In this document: in pieces, positions 1-8,526 of the stretch
How positions within the stretch are numbered: position 1 is the stretch's first letter
Layout of the letters: each line of letters opens with the position of its first letter
Source: an uncultured Actinomycetes bacterium
GTDB lineage: Bacteria; Actinomycetota; Thermoleophilia; Gaiellales; F1-60-MAGs149
NCBI GenBank assembly: GCA_963722525.1
Contig: CAVRMM010000002.1
Coordinates: 1,467,925 to 1,531,924, forward strand
DNA length: 64,000 nt
Direction of reading: 5' to 3'
Made by a program: the position numbers and the translations under genes
Notes under the pieces: generated by a model
The model's database searches: none
Told to the model about the DNA's origin: nothing
What the model saw: only the letters and a program-made list of their open reading frames with translations

Positions 1-198
1 GCGCGCCGCCAGCGCGACGCCCATCGCCCCCGCGACGCCGAGCGCGGGCGCGCCGCGGATCGCGAGCACCTGGATCGCGTCGACCAGCTCGGCGACCGTC
101 CGGCACGACCGCTCGACGCGCTCCTGCGGCAGCCGCGTCTGGTCGAGGAGCACCACCGCCTCGTCCTCCAGACGGATGATGTCGTGGGGCTGCAGCAG
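1..198 (-). CDS. mtnA: methylthioribose-1-phosphate isomerase / eIF-2B-like protein, N-terminal part only (gene runs off the window start)
   Basis: Minus-strand translation reads LLQPHDIIRLEDEAVVLLDQTRLPQERVERSCRTVAELVDAIQVLAIRGAPALGVAGAMGVALAA. This carries the conserved LLDQTxLP and IRGAPAIG N-terminal motifs of the MtnA/eIF-2B family. No ATG/GTG start is visible (possibly CTG at 198/195). It lies directly downstream of ahcY. Confidence 0.55.
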   Translation of the reverse strand, partial: MLQPHDIIRLEDEAVVLLDQTRLPQERVERSCRTVAELVDAIQVLAIRGAPALGVAGAMGVALAAR

Positions 199-200
199 AA

Positions 201-1469
201 CTACGTGCCCTCGTCCCAGGTCGCGAGGTAGCGCTCCTGGTCGGACGTGAGCTGGTCGATCTCCAGACCGAGCGTCCCGAGCTTGAGGCGCGCGATCTCG
301 GTGTCGATGGCGTCGGGCACCACGTAGACCCGCCGCTCGAGCCCGGCGCCGTGGCGGACGGCGTACTCGACCGACAGCACCTGGTTCGCGTAGGTCATGT
401 CCATGACGGAGGCCGGGATGCCCTCGGCGGCGCCGAGGTTGACGAGGCGTCCCTCGGCCAGCAGGGCGATCTGGCGGCCGTCGGGCAGCCGGAACAGCTC
501 GATGTCGGGTCGCGGCAGGGTGCGCTCGATGGCCATCGCCTCGAGCGCCGGCACGTCGACCTCGACGTTGAAGTGGCCGGCGTTGGCGATGATGGCGCCG
601 TCGCGCATGACGTCGAAGTGCTCGGCCCGGAGCACGTGCTTGTCGCCGGTGACCGTCACGAAGATATCGCCGCGGCGCGCGGCATCGGCGACGGGCATCA
701 CGCGGTGCCCGTCCATGACGGCCTGGAGCGCGCGCATCGGGTCGACCTCGAGCACGATCACGTGCGCGCCCATGCCGCGGGCGCGGTCGGCGATGCCGCG
801 CCCCGCGAGGCCGTAGCCGGCGACGACCATCGTGCGGCCGGCGAGCAGCATGTTGGTGGCGCGGATGATGCCGTCGATGGTTGACTGGCCGGTGCCGTAG
901 CGGTCCTCGAACAGGTGCTTCGTCTGCGCCTCGTTGACGGCGATGATGGGGAACGCGAGCACGCCGTCGGCCTCCATCGCCTTCAGCCGCATGACGCCCG
1001 TGGTGGTGCCCTCGGTGCCGACGATCACCTCGAAGAGGTTGTCGCGCCGGTCGGCGTGCAGGACGCCGAGCAGGTCGGCGCCGTCGTCCATGACGATCGC
1101 CGGGCGGTGATCGAGGGCCGCGTGGATGTGCGCGTAGTACGTGTCGTGGTCCTCGCCGCGGATGGCATACGCCGAGATGGCGTACTCCTCCACCAGCGCG
1201 GCCGCGACATCGTCCTGCGTCGAGACCGGGTTCGACGCGCACAGCAGCACGTCGGCGCCGCCGGCGGCCAGCGCGCGCATCAGGTTGGCCGTCTCGGCGG
1301 TGACGTGCATGCACGCCGCGATGCGGATGCCCTCGAGCGGGCGTTCGCGCGCGAACCGCTCGCGAATGGCCCGCAGCACGGGCATGTCGCGATCGGCCCA
1401 CTCGATGCGGCCCCGACCCTCCTGGGCGAGGGAGCGGTCCTTGACGTCGTGCCCGGGCACGGCGCGCAC
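201..1469 (-). CDS. ahcY: adenosylhomocysteinase (S-adenosyl-L-homocysteine hydrolase)
   Basis: Uninterrupted 422-aa ORF with family-wide similarity: [23 protein letters not shown], the NAD-binding [11 protein letters not shown] motif, and C-terminal [14 protein letters not shown] start. Confidence 0.95.
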   Translation of the reverse strand: MRAVPGHDVKDRSLAQEGRGRIEWADRDMPVLRAIRERFARERPLEGIRIAACMHVTAETANLMRALAAGGADVLLCASNPVSTQDDVAAALVEEYAISAYAIRGEDHDTYYAHIHAALDHRPAIVMDDGADLLGVLHADRRDNLFEVIVGTEGTTTGVMRLKAMEADGVLAFPIIAVNEAQTKHLFEDRYGTGQSTIDGIIRATNMLLAGRTMVVAGYGLAGRGIADRARGMGAHVIVLEVDPMRALQAVMDGHRVMPVADAARRGDIFVTVTGDKHVLRAEHFDVMRDGAIIANAGHFNVEVDVPALEAMAIERTLPRPDIELFRLPDGRQIALLAEGRLVNLGAAEGIPASVMDMTYANQVLSVEYAVRHGAGLERRVYVVPDAIDTEIARLKLGTLGLEIDQLTSDQERYLATWDEGT

Positions 1470-1470
1470 T

Positions 1471-2469
1471 TTAGCGGCCGGCGGCCATTTCCGCCTTGAG
1501 TGCGGTCAGGCGGGTGATGTCCATCGGGTCGACTCCCTCGACCTCTGCGAGGTGGCACGAGACCAGATCGCCGAACAGCAGCAGACCGAAGGCGCGGGCG
1601 CGTTCGTCGGGCCCGTCGGCGGCCCACGTCTCGACCAGGCCGCCGTCGCCGCCGACGAACCGGGCCATGGCGTCGCTGAGGGTGGCGACGACCGGTGACT
1701 CGGCGAAGTCGCGCAGGAAGACCGCGGCGTGACGGTGCGACGCCCGCGGCGTCTGCAGCCAGCCGAGGATCTCGTTGTGCGCGATCTCGGGCACGGCGCC
1801 GGCGAAGGCGGCGGCCTTGGCGTTCTCGTTGATCTGGTTCTTGAGCCGGACGGCGACCGCGGCCCGCATGCCCGACCCGTACAGCACGGTGACGTGCCCT
1901 GCGAGGCGCTCGGCGATGGCGCGTGCCTCGTCGTCGCGCGCGGCCGCCGCGTCGGCTGCATCCGCGCCGCGGGCGATCAGGTCGGTCGCGTCGGGCCCGG
2001 CGCCGGCCTCGCCCAGCAGCACCAGCAGCGGTGCCAGCAGCAGGCCGAGCGCGCCCCGCGGCTGGTAGCCGTCCTCGACGGCGATCACGGGCACGCCGTC
2101 GGTCTCGGCCAGCGCCGCCAGCGTGCCGCCCGATCCGAGCGCGACCCGCGTGGCGCGGCGTTCGCCGGCCTCGACGAACCAGTCGAGCGCCTCGGCCGTC
2201 TCGCCCGAGTACGACGTGACGACGACCAGCGTGTCGGGCCCGACCCAGCCGGGCAGCGTCAGGCCGACGGGCACCTCGACGGGCAGCGACAGCTCGTCGG
2301 CGAGCAGGGCGGCAGCCAGGCGGCCGCCGGCGGCCGAGCCGCCGAGCCCGCACAGCGCGACGTTGCGAAACGGACCGGCGCCCTGCAGCGCGCCCTGCGC
2401 CAGGGGTGCGGCGGCGCGCAGTTGCGCGCCGAGCGCCATGGCCTGGCCGTGCATGGTCTCAGGCGCCAT
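1471..2469 (-). CDS. bifunctional phosphoglucose/phosphomannose isomerase (SIS-domain family)
   Basis: Uninterrupted 332-aa ORF with SIS hallmarks ([22 protein letters not shown]) and the C-terminal region typical of PGI/PMI-type isomerases. It overlaps the upstream manC-like gene by 11 nt. Confidence 0.7.
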   Translation of the reverse strand: MAPETMHGQAMALGAQLRAAAPLAQGALQGAGPFRNVALCGLGGSAAGGRLAAALLADELSLPVEVPVGLTLPGWVGPDTLVVVTSYSGETAEALDWFVEAGERRATRVALGSGGTLAALAETDGVPVIAVEDGYQPRGALGLLLAPLLVLLGEAGAGPDATDLIARGADAADAAAARDDEARAIAERLAGHVTVLYGSGMRAAVAVRLKNQINENAKAAAFAGAVPEIAHNEILGWLQTPRASHRHAAVFLRDFAESPVVATLSDAMARFVGGDGGLVETWAADGPDERARAFGLLLFGDLVSCHLAEVEGVDPMDITRLTALKAEMAAGR

Positions 2470-3424
2470 CGGATACCTCCAGGAAGACTCGCTCGCCGGC
2501 CACCGACCGCTCGTCGGCGATCTCCACGCCGGCGGCCACGATCGAGCCGTTCGAGATGCGGGCCCGGGCGCCGACGACGGCGCCGCGGCCGATCACGGAG
2601 TCGGTCACCACCGCACCGGCGCCGATGATCGCGTCCTCGTGGATGACGCTGCGGTCGACCGTCGCGTCACCCGCGACGGAGGCGCCGGCGCCGAGCAGCG
2701 TCTCGCCGGCGGAGACGTGCATGTTCGCGGCCAGGTAGCTCTCCGGCGTGCCGATGTCGTTCCAGTAACCGGCGCAGCGCCAGCCGTAGAGCCCGTGGCC
2801 GACGAGCTGCGGAAACACCTCGCGCTCGATGTTGACGCGCTGCAGGTACGGCACCGTGTCGAGGAACCAGCGGTCGAGCACGTAGGCGCCGGCGTTGATC
2901 CAGTACGGCGGCTCGAGCGTCACCTCGGCGCCGGGCTCGGGCTTCTCGACGAACGCTTCGACCCGGCCGTCGGCGTCGGTGAGCACCAGGCCGTACCGCG
3001 TCGGATCGGGCACCTCGGTCAGCGTCACCGTCGCGCGCGCGCCCTGCGTGACGTGGAAGTCCATCAGGTCGCCGAGCGACGCCTCCATCAGCACGTCGCC
3101 GTTGAGGGCGAAGAACGGCGCGTCGTCGAGGCGGCCCTCGATGGCGAAGCGGATCGCGCCCGCCGTGTCCATCGGCTCGGGCTCGACGGCGTACTCGAGC
3201 GCCATGCCGTCGGACATGTCGCCGAAGCCCGCCACGATCGGGTCGGGCAGGTAGCCGCAGCTGAACACGACGCGCTTCACGCCCGCCGTGGCGAGCCGCT
3301 CCAGCATGTGCACGAGGAACGGCCGGTCGCCGATCGGCAGCATCGCCTTCGGGCGATCGAGCGTCAGCGGCCGCAGGCGCGTGCCCTCTCCACCGACGAG
3401 GATCACGGCGATCACGCTTGGCAA
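2459..3424 (-). CDS. manC: mannose-1-phosphate guanylyltransferase (GDP-mannose pyrophosphorylase)-like nucleotidyltransferase
   Basis: Uninterrupted 321-aa ORF. It has the N-terminal sugar-nucleotidyltransferase signature ILVGGEGTRLRPLT and C-terminal hexapeptide (left-handed beta-helix) repeats. It is adjacent to the PMI gene. Confidence 0.8.
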   Translation of the reverse strand: MPSVIAVILVGGEGTRLRPLTLDRPKAMLPIGDRPFLVHMLERLATAGVKRVVFSCGYLPDPIVAGFGDMSDGMALEYAVEPEPMDTAGAIRFAIEGRLDDAPFFALNGDVLMEASLGDLMDFHVTQGARATVTLTEVPDPTRYGLVLTDADGRVEAFVEKPEPGAEVTLEPPYWINAGAYVLDRWFLDTVPYLQRVNIEREVFPQLVGHGLYGWRCAGYWNDIGTPESYLAANMHVSAGETLLGAGASVAGDATVDRSVIHEDAIIGAGAVVTDSVIGRGAVVGARARISNGSIVAAGVEIADERSVAGERVFLEVSDGA

Positions 3425-6130
3425 CCTCGCCGGTGCGGCGGGGACGGCCGACGGAGTCGTACTCGAAGCCCGCGGCCGCGGCCTCTGCCGGGTCGAGCAG
3501 GTTGCGGCCGTCGATCAGCAGCGGGCGCGCCATCGAGTCGCGCATCGCCGGATCGAGGACTGCGCGGAACTCGTTCCACTCGGTGACGATCACGCGCGGC
3601 ATCGGCGCCGGCCAGCGCCTCGGCGGGCGACGACACGACGATCGCGCCGACCGCCTCCAGATGCGCACCGGTGGCGACGGGGTCGTACGCGCGCACCTCC
3701 GCCCCCTCGGCGGCGAGCCGCGACGGCCAGCACGAGGCTGGACGCCTCGCGCGTGTCGTCGGTGTTGGGCTTGAAGGCGATGCCGAGCAGCGCGATCTTC
3801 TTGTCGCGCAGCGATCCGAGATGGTGCTGCAGCTTCGAGATGACGCGCCGCTTCTGCAGCTCGTTGACCTCGATCACGGCGGTCAGCAGCTGGAAGTGGT
3901 AGCCCGAGTTGCCGGCGAGCTGCTTGAGCGCGCGGACGTCCTTCGGGAAGCAGTTGTGGACGACGAGCCCGCCGGTCGTGACGAACGTGTGCGCATCCGG
4001 CACCTCGAGGGAGTAGACCGTGGCGCTGGCGGCCACCGGCAGCACGCTCGTCACGCGCGCGACCGCTCCGTTGACCAGGTCGCGGCGGAATCCGGTCGGC
4101 GCGATGCGCTTTGCCTGGGCCGCGATGGAAGCACGGATCGCCGGTGTGTCGGCTTCCGGAACGAGATCGAGCATCGTCTCGACCTGATCGGCGCCGGAGA
4201 CCATCAGCCAGTAGGTGTCGCACGTGGACTTCGCGGTGCGGCCGACCTTCATCCGCGCGACGATTCCGCACTCGCCCAGCAGGCGGAGCATGCCGTCGGC
4301 GAGGGGGCGGCTGACGGTGCCGTACTCGAGGATGACGCTCGGACCCCGGTTGATGTACGACCACGAGCCGTCGCCCAGCCAGAGCCCCGCCAGCAGGGCC
4401 CGCTTCTCGGCGATCGGCCGAGCCCAGATCGCGTCGGGGATGGCGTGCGAGTACGCGTTGCGGCCGAGACCGAGGTCGTCGATGAACGCGGCGAGGATGC
4501 GCGACGAGATCGACACCTGGCACGTGGTGGCAAGCTGCCGGACGGTCGTCTTGACGCCGAGCTCGCGCCAGTACGAGGCAACGCGGTCGACGAGGTCGGC
4601 CTCGTCGGTCGGATGGAAGCTCCAGCAGACCCGCTCGCGCGCCCCGTCGCGTCCGACGTGGCCCTCGGCGATATACAGGCCGAGCACCGTCCAGAGGGCT
4701 TCCGTCGCGACGACGTGGCCTGGGACGTAGGTGCCGTTCCGCGCAGTGCCGAACAGGGCGTCGTCCAGCGTCAGGCCGAGAGCGTCGGCCTCGTCGCAGC
4801 GAACGGCGCCGCACGCCCGGATGTCGTTGATGCGCGTGATCGACCCGCGATGGTGCACGAGCGCCGTCTGCCGCTCGGCCAGGCCGAGCGCTCCGACGCG
4901 ATCGCGATCCGGTTCTGCCAGACGGGCGATGACCTCGCCATCTGCGATGCCCGCCGCCGCGGCCGCGGCGCGCAGGTCGAAGACGAGCTCCGCATCGCTG
5001 CCCGCGCTCGCCGAGCCCTGCGCGATCGGGAGCCAGTCGGCCTCGGTCAGATCACGGGCAAGGCGGGTGTCGACGGCGCCGGTGACGCCGTCGACGACGA
5101 CGAACGGGTGATCGTCGGTGACGGTGACGCGGCGGCCCATCTTGGTGCGAACCTCGACCAGCGCGTCCGATTGCCGGCTCGTGACGTGGCTGACGGGCAG
5201 GAACTCCGGTCCGGTGCCCTCCGCACGCCAGCTCAGGACCTCGAGTCCCTCCGGCTCGATGAGGGCGCCACCGCCAAGCTCGGCATGGAGCGTCTCGAGC
5301 TCGACCAGGCGCGTGGCACCGCCTCGCCGTGCGAGCACCGTCTCGTCGCCGACCAGGCAGCTGCCGCCATACCCGATTCCGGGCCGCAGGAAGCTCGCGC
5401 CGATGCGGCGGTCGAGGCCCATGCCGCGCGCGACCTCGGCCACGTCGGCGCCGACGGCCTCGCAGACGTTGGCGATCTCGTTGATGAACGAGATCTTCGT
5501 CGCCAGGAACGCGTTCGCGGCCAGCTTGATCATCTCGGCCGATGCGACGTCGGTGCGGACGATCTCGGTGTCGATGCCGTCGTACAGCCGGGCGACGCGC
5601 TCGGCGTCCTCCTCGCTGTCGGCGCCGACGACGACCCGGTCCGGCGCCATGAAGTCGCTCACCGCGGAGCCCTCGCGCAGGAACTCCGGGTTCGACATGT
5701 ACGCGACGCCCTGCAGCCCCCGCGCGTCGAGGCGGAGGCGCACGTTCTCGCCCGTGCCGACGGGCACGGTCGACTTCATCACCAGGCCGGCACCCTCGGC
5801 GCTCGGCGGGATGGCGTCGATGACCGACTGCACGCGCGACAGGTCGGCGTCGCCCGACGGCATCGGCGGCGTGTCGACGCAGATGAACGCCAGCCGGCAG
5901 TCGGAGAACAGCTCGTCCAGGTCGAGCGTGAAGCGCAGCCGGTTGCGGTTGCGGCGGATCAGGTCGTCGAGCCCGGGCTCGTGCATCGGCACCGCGCCGC
6001 CGCGCAGCATCTCGACCTTGGCGGGGTCGATGTCACGGCAGATGACGGTGTGCCCGAGGTCGGCGAAGCACGCGGCCGTCACGAGGCCCACGTACCCCAC
6101 TCCGATCACGCCGATCGGCTCGCGACTCAT
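3412..6130 (-). pseudogene. ugd: UDP-glucose 6-dehydrogenase, intein-containing; 3' extein carries at least 2-3 single-base frameshifts (real or sequencing error)
   Basis: - **Start:** ATG at 6130, preceded by AAGGAG.
- **N-extein:** MSREPIGVIGVGYVGL (Rossmann) through GIGYGGS.
- **After the intein:** CFPKDVRALKQL...LGIAFKPNTDDTREASSLVLA.
- **Frame changes:** the reading then moves to a second frame (SRLAAEGAEVRAYDPVATGAHLEAVG...GADAA, near 3725) and a third (VIVTEWNEFRAVLDP...GFEYDSVGRP, near 3597).
- **Stop:** the native stop is unresolved. Confidence 0.85.
3953..5359 (-). mobile_element. intein (469 aa) with LAGLIDADG homing-endonuclease domain, inserted at the catalytic Cys of UGDH
   Basis: The junctions read GGS|CLVGDETVLA and GGLVVHN|CFPKD. 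Visible blocks are A (CLVGDE), B (VTDDHPF), two LAGLIDADG motifs (LGLYIAEGHV, LLAGLWLGDGSW) and F/G (VYSLEVPDAHTFV, LVVHN followed by the +1 Cys). Excision restores the canonical GGSCFPKD motif. Confidence 0.9.
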
Positions 6131-6147
6131 TTCACTCCTTGGTACGG

Positions 6148-8082
6148 CTAGCTGCTGGGGATGCGGCGGAAGCCGGTCGCGATCGCCCACATGGTCGAGT
6201 TGGAGAGGCCGTCGACGATCGAGTTGGACAGCCAGTACGTCCGCTTGTTCCAGTGCCAGGCGACGCGGTGGAGCTTCGCGCCGTTGAAGTAGAGCAGGTA
6301 CTCGATGTTGTTCTGCGTACGAGTCTCGTTCGGGGACTGCAGCAGCGGCGGCGTCTCCCAGTCGAGCACCTGCACGCCGAACGTCGTCTTCGACTGCTCC
6401 GAGGTCTCGTAGTACGTCACGTGCAGGGCGTTCTTGCCGCGCAGCTTGTAGCGGCGGAAGGCCGGGTACGAGTTGACCAGCGGATCGCCCGTGACGGTGT
6501 TGTTCGGCAGCTTGGTCGGATACATGAGCGAGTGCCCCATGCCCTTCTGCGCCTTTCTCCAGGCCGCCAGGTCGCGCGAGCGGTCGGTGGCGATGCGCGC
6601 CTTCACGTCGGCCGGCAGCGCCTTCACCTTCTCGGGCGCGAGCGTGTCGAACGTCTGGCCGACGACGACCACGACGTCGGCGTACACCTGCGAGTTCGGA
6701 TCGTCGGGATTGGCGACCGCGGCGTTCAGCGCGGCCACCTCGGCGGCATCGAGCGGCTTGATCTCGCTCGGGTTGACGAGCGCCTTGAGCGCCGTCGCCG
6801 CCTCCTTCGACCCGGATTTCTCGCCGTAGTAGATGACGGAGTCGAAGTAGTCGCTGCTCTCGGCGTCGCCGTGCGCGCGGGCGTTCTTCCAGCCGCGCTT
6901 CACCAGCTGCTGCTCGAGGTCCGCCGCTGCGCCGACCTTGCCGTTGCCGTTGCGGACCTCGACCTGGATGGTCGCCGCGTCGTACTTGATGCTCGTCTTC
7001 TTGACCTTGCCCGCGGCCTCGTCGGCGGCGCGGTTGGCCTGCGTCGGGTCGGGATCGAGGAACTGGTCGACGACCGAGTCGATCTCGGACTGGTCGACGG
7101 CGATGCGGCCGGCGAGCGTCGGGTGCCCGTAACCGACGAACCGGACGTTGACCATGTTGTTCTTCGGGATCGTCCGCAGCGTGTTGGCGTACAGCTCCAT
7201 GTCGTTGAGCGACATCTGCTTCTTGCCGATGATCTTGAGGTTCTTCTTCGCCGTGTTCAGCAGCGTCCCCAGGTTGCGGCCGATGCTGATCGGGTCGAGC
7301 TTCACCTTGAACTCGCGCAGGAACAGCTGCTGGCGTGCGAGGCGATAGGTGTCGTCGTCGTCGTGTCGGTGGCGCACGTACTCGAGCGCCGACTGGCCGC
7401 GCATCAGCTGGTAGCCGGGCTCGATGTCGATCGAGTTGAAGTTCGTGCCCGCGGTGTTCTGGTTCAGGTTGAAATAGCGCCGGTCGACGTCGACGTAGAC
7501 GCCGTCGAAGGCGTTCACCGTCTGCGTGAACGCGTCGAAGTCGACGCTGACGTAGTAGTTCGGCGAGATCCCGGTGACCGACTTGATGGTGTCGATCGTC
7601 AGCTTCGGGCCGTTCAGGAAGAACGAGTCGGTGATCTGCCGCGGCCCGTAGCCGGGGATGTTGACGATCCAGTCGCGCGGGAACGAGAGCATCGAGACGA
7701 TCTTCGTCTTCGGGTCGACGCGCACCAGCATCAGCGTGTCGGAGCGGCCGCGCGATTCGCCGGGCCGGCGGTCCTGGCCGATCAGCAGGAAGATGACCGG
7801 GCGCTTCGCCGACGGCGCCGACGTGTTGATGCCGGGGTCGACGAGGCTGTCGACGGCACCCTTCTCATCCGGCGTCCTCGCCTCGGTGATCTGGTCGACG
7901 GCGTCGCGGAGGTAGTAGTAGAACGCGCCGGCGCCGGTCGCCGTGACGAGTCCGACGACGAGGAACGTCCAGAGGAAGAACCGCAGCACGCGGCGGCGCT
8001 TCCGCGGTGCCTTGACGTTCTCCGCGCGGTAGATGCGCATCGAGGGGCGAACCGGCCCGCTGCCATCGGGAGTCGAGATCAT
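6148..8082 (-). CDS. LytR-CpsA-Psr (LCP) family cell-envelope glycopolymer transferase with extended C-terminal region
   Basis: Uninterrupted 644-aa ORF with an N-terminal TM helix and the LCP core (GRSDTLMLVRVDP, SFPRDW, GPKLTIDTIKSVTGI). A LytR_C-like middle segment and an additional C-terminal domain follow. Confidence 0.8.
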   Translation of the reverse strand: MISTPDGSGPVRPSMRIYRAENVKAPRKRRRVLRFFLWTFLVVGLVTATGAGAFYYYLRDAVDQITEARTPDEKGAVDSLVDPGINTSAPSAKRPVIFLLIGQDRRPGESRGRSDTLMLVRVDPKTKIVSMLSFPRDWIVNIPGYGPRQITDSFFLNGPKLTIDTIKSVTGISPNYYVSVDFDAFTQTVNAFDGVYVDVDRRYFNLNQNTAGTNFNSIDIEPGYQLMRGQSALEYVRHRHDDDDTYRLARQQLFLREFKVKLDPISIGRNLGTLLNTAKKNLKIIGKKQMSLNDMELYANTLRTIPKNNMVNVRFVGYGHPTLAGRIAVDQSEIDSVVDQFLDPDPTQANRAADEAAGKVKKTSIKYDAATIQVEVRNGNGKVGAAADLEQQLVKRGWKNARAHGDAESSDYFDSVIYYGEKSGSKEAATALKALVNPSEIKPLDAAEVAALNAAVANPDDPNSQVYADVVVVVGQTFDTLAPEKVKALPADVKARIATDRSRDLAAWRKAQKGMGHSLMYPTKLPNNTVTGDPLVNSYPAFRRYKLRGKNALHVTYYETSEQSKTTFGVQVLDWETPPLLQSPNETRTQNNIEYLLYFNGAKLHRVAWHWNKRTYWLSNSIVDGLSNSTMWAIATGFRRIPSS

Positions 8083-8262
8083 GCTCGGGCACCAGGCCGG
8101 AGCGCGATGGAGGTTTCAGGTAGCGGCGTCGGCACGGTCACGTCGCACGGGGACAAGGTTTTGGGTTCCCCGGTGCAGGCGGAATGACGAGTCGAGTATA
8201 CCCGGCGACCTTCCGAAACCCTGCCGGATGGGGCGTTCCACGCGGCCCGCGCGCAGACTCGA

Positions 8263-8495
8263 GAAACCGTGGCCGAAATGGTGCCAGGCACCGATCCGGC
8301 CACAACGTGGCGCTTCCGCGCGCATCCGCGCGCTCCCTCGCGACGGGTCGTGCGCACGCCGTGCGTCGAGCCCGCCGGCGCGTTCGGGCCAGGCCGGCGA
8401 CGACCCGTGCCGCGGGGCGCGCGAACCCGCGCCGGAGCGTGACGTTGCGACCATTCCGGTGCCTGGCACCAGAATGGCCGGGAAGTGACGGTTTC
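8263..8495. repeat. imperfect inverted-repeat pair (~46-54 bp arms, ~135 bp apart), each arm centred on a GGTGCC(A/T)GGCACC palindrome, in a 444-bp non-coding gap
   Basis: The arm at 8263-8308 (gaaaccgt ggcc gaaatggtgccaggcaccgatccggccacaacgt) matches the reverse complement of 8442-8495 apart from an 8-nt insertion and about 10 mismatches. The cores lie at 8280-8292 and 8458-8470. No credible ORF lies in 8083-8526. Confidence 0.6.
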
Positions 8496-8526
8496 GCGCG
8501 GTTTCCGGGCGTTTCGTACGGGAGCG

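Noticed and set aside
8033-8488. 151-aa plus-strand ORF (and the minus-strand ORFs 8079..8357 and 8116..8469) in the metH-LCP gap as small protein genes.
   Set aside because: They are Arg/Pro-rich with no domain similarity, and they overlap each other on both strands. The region is better explained as non-coding DNA with repeats.
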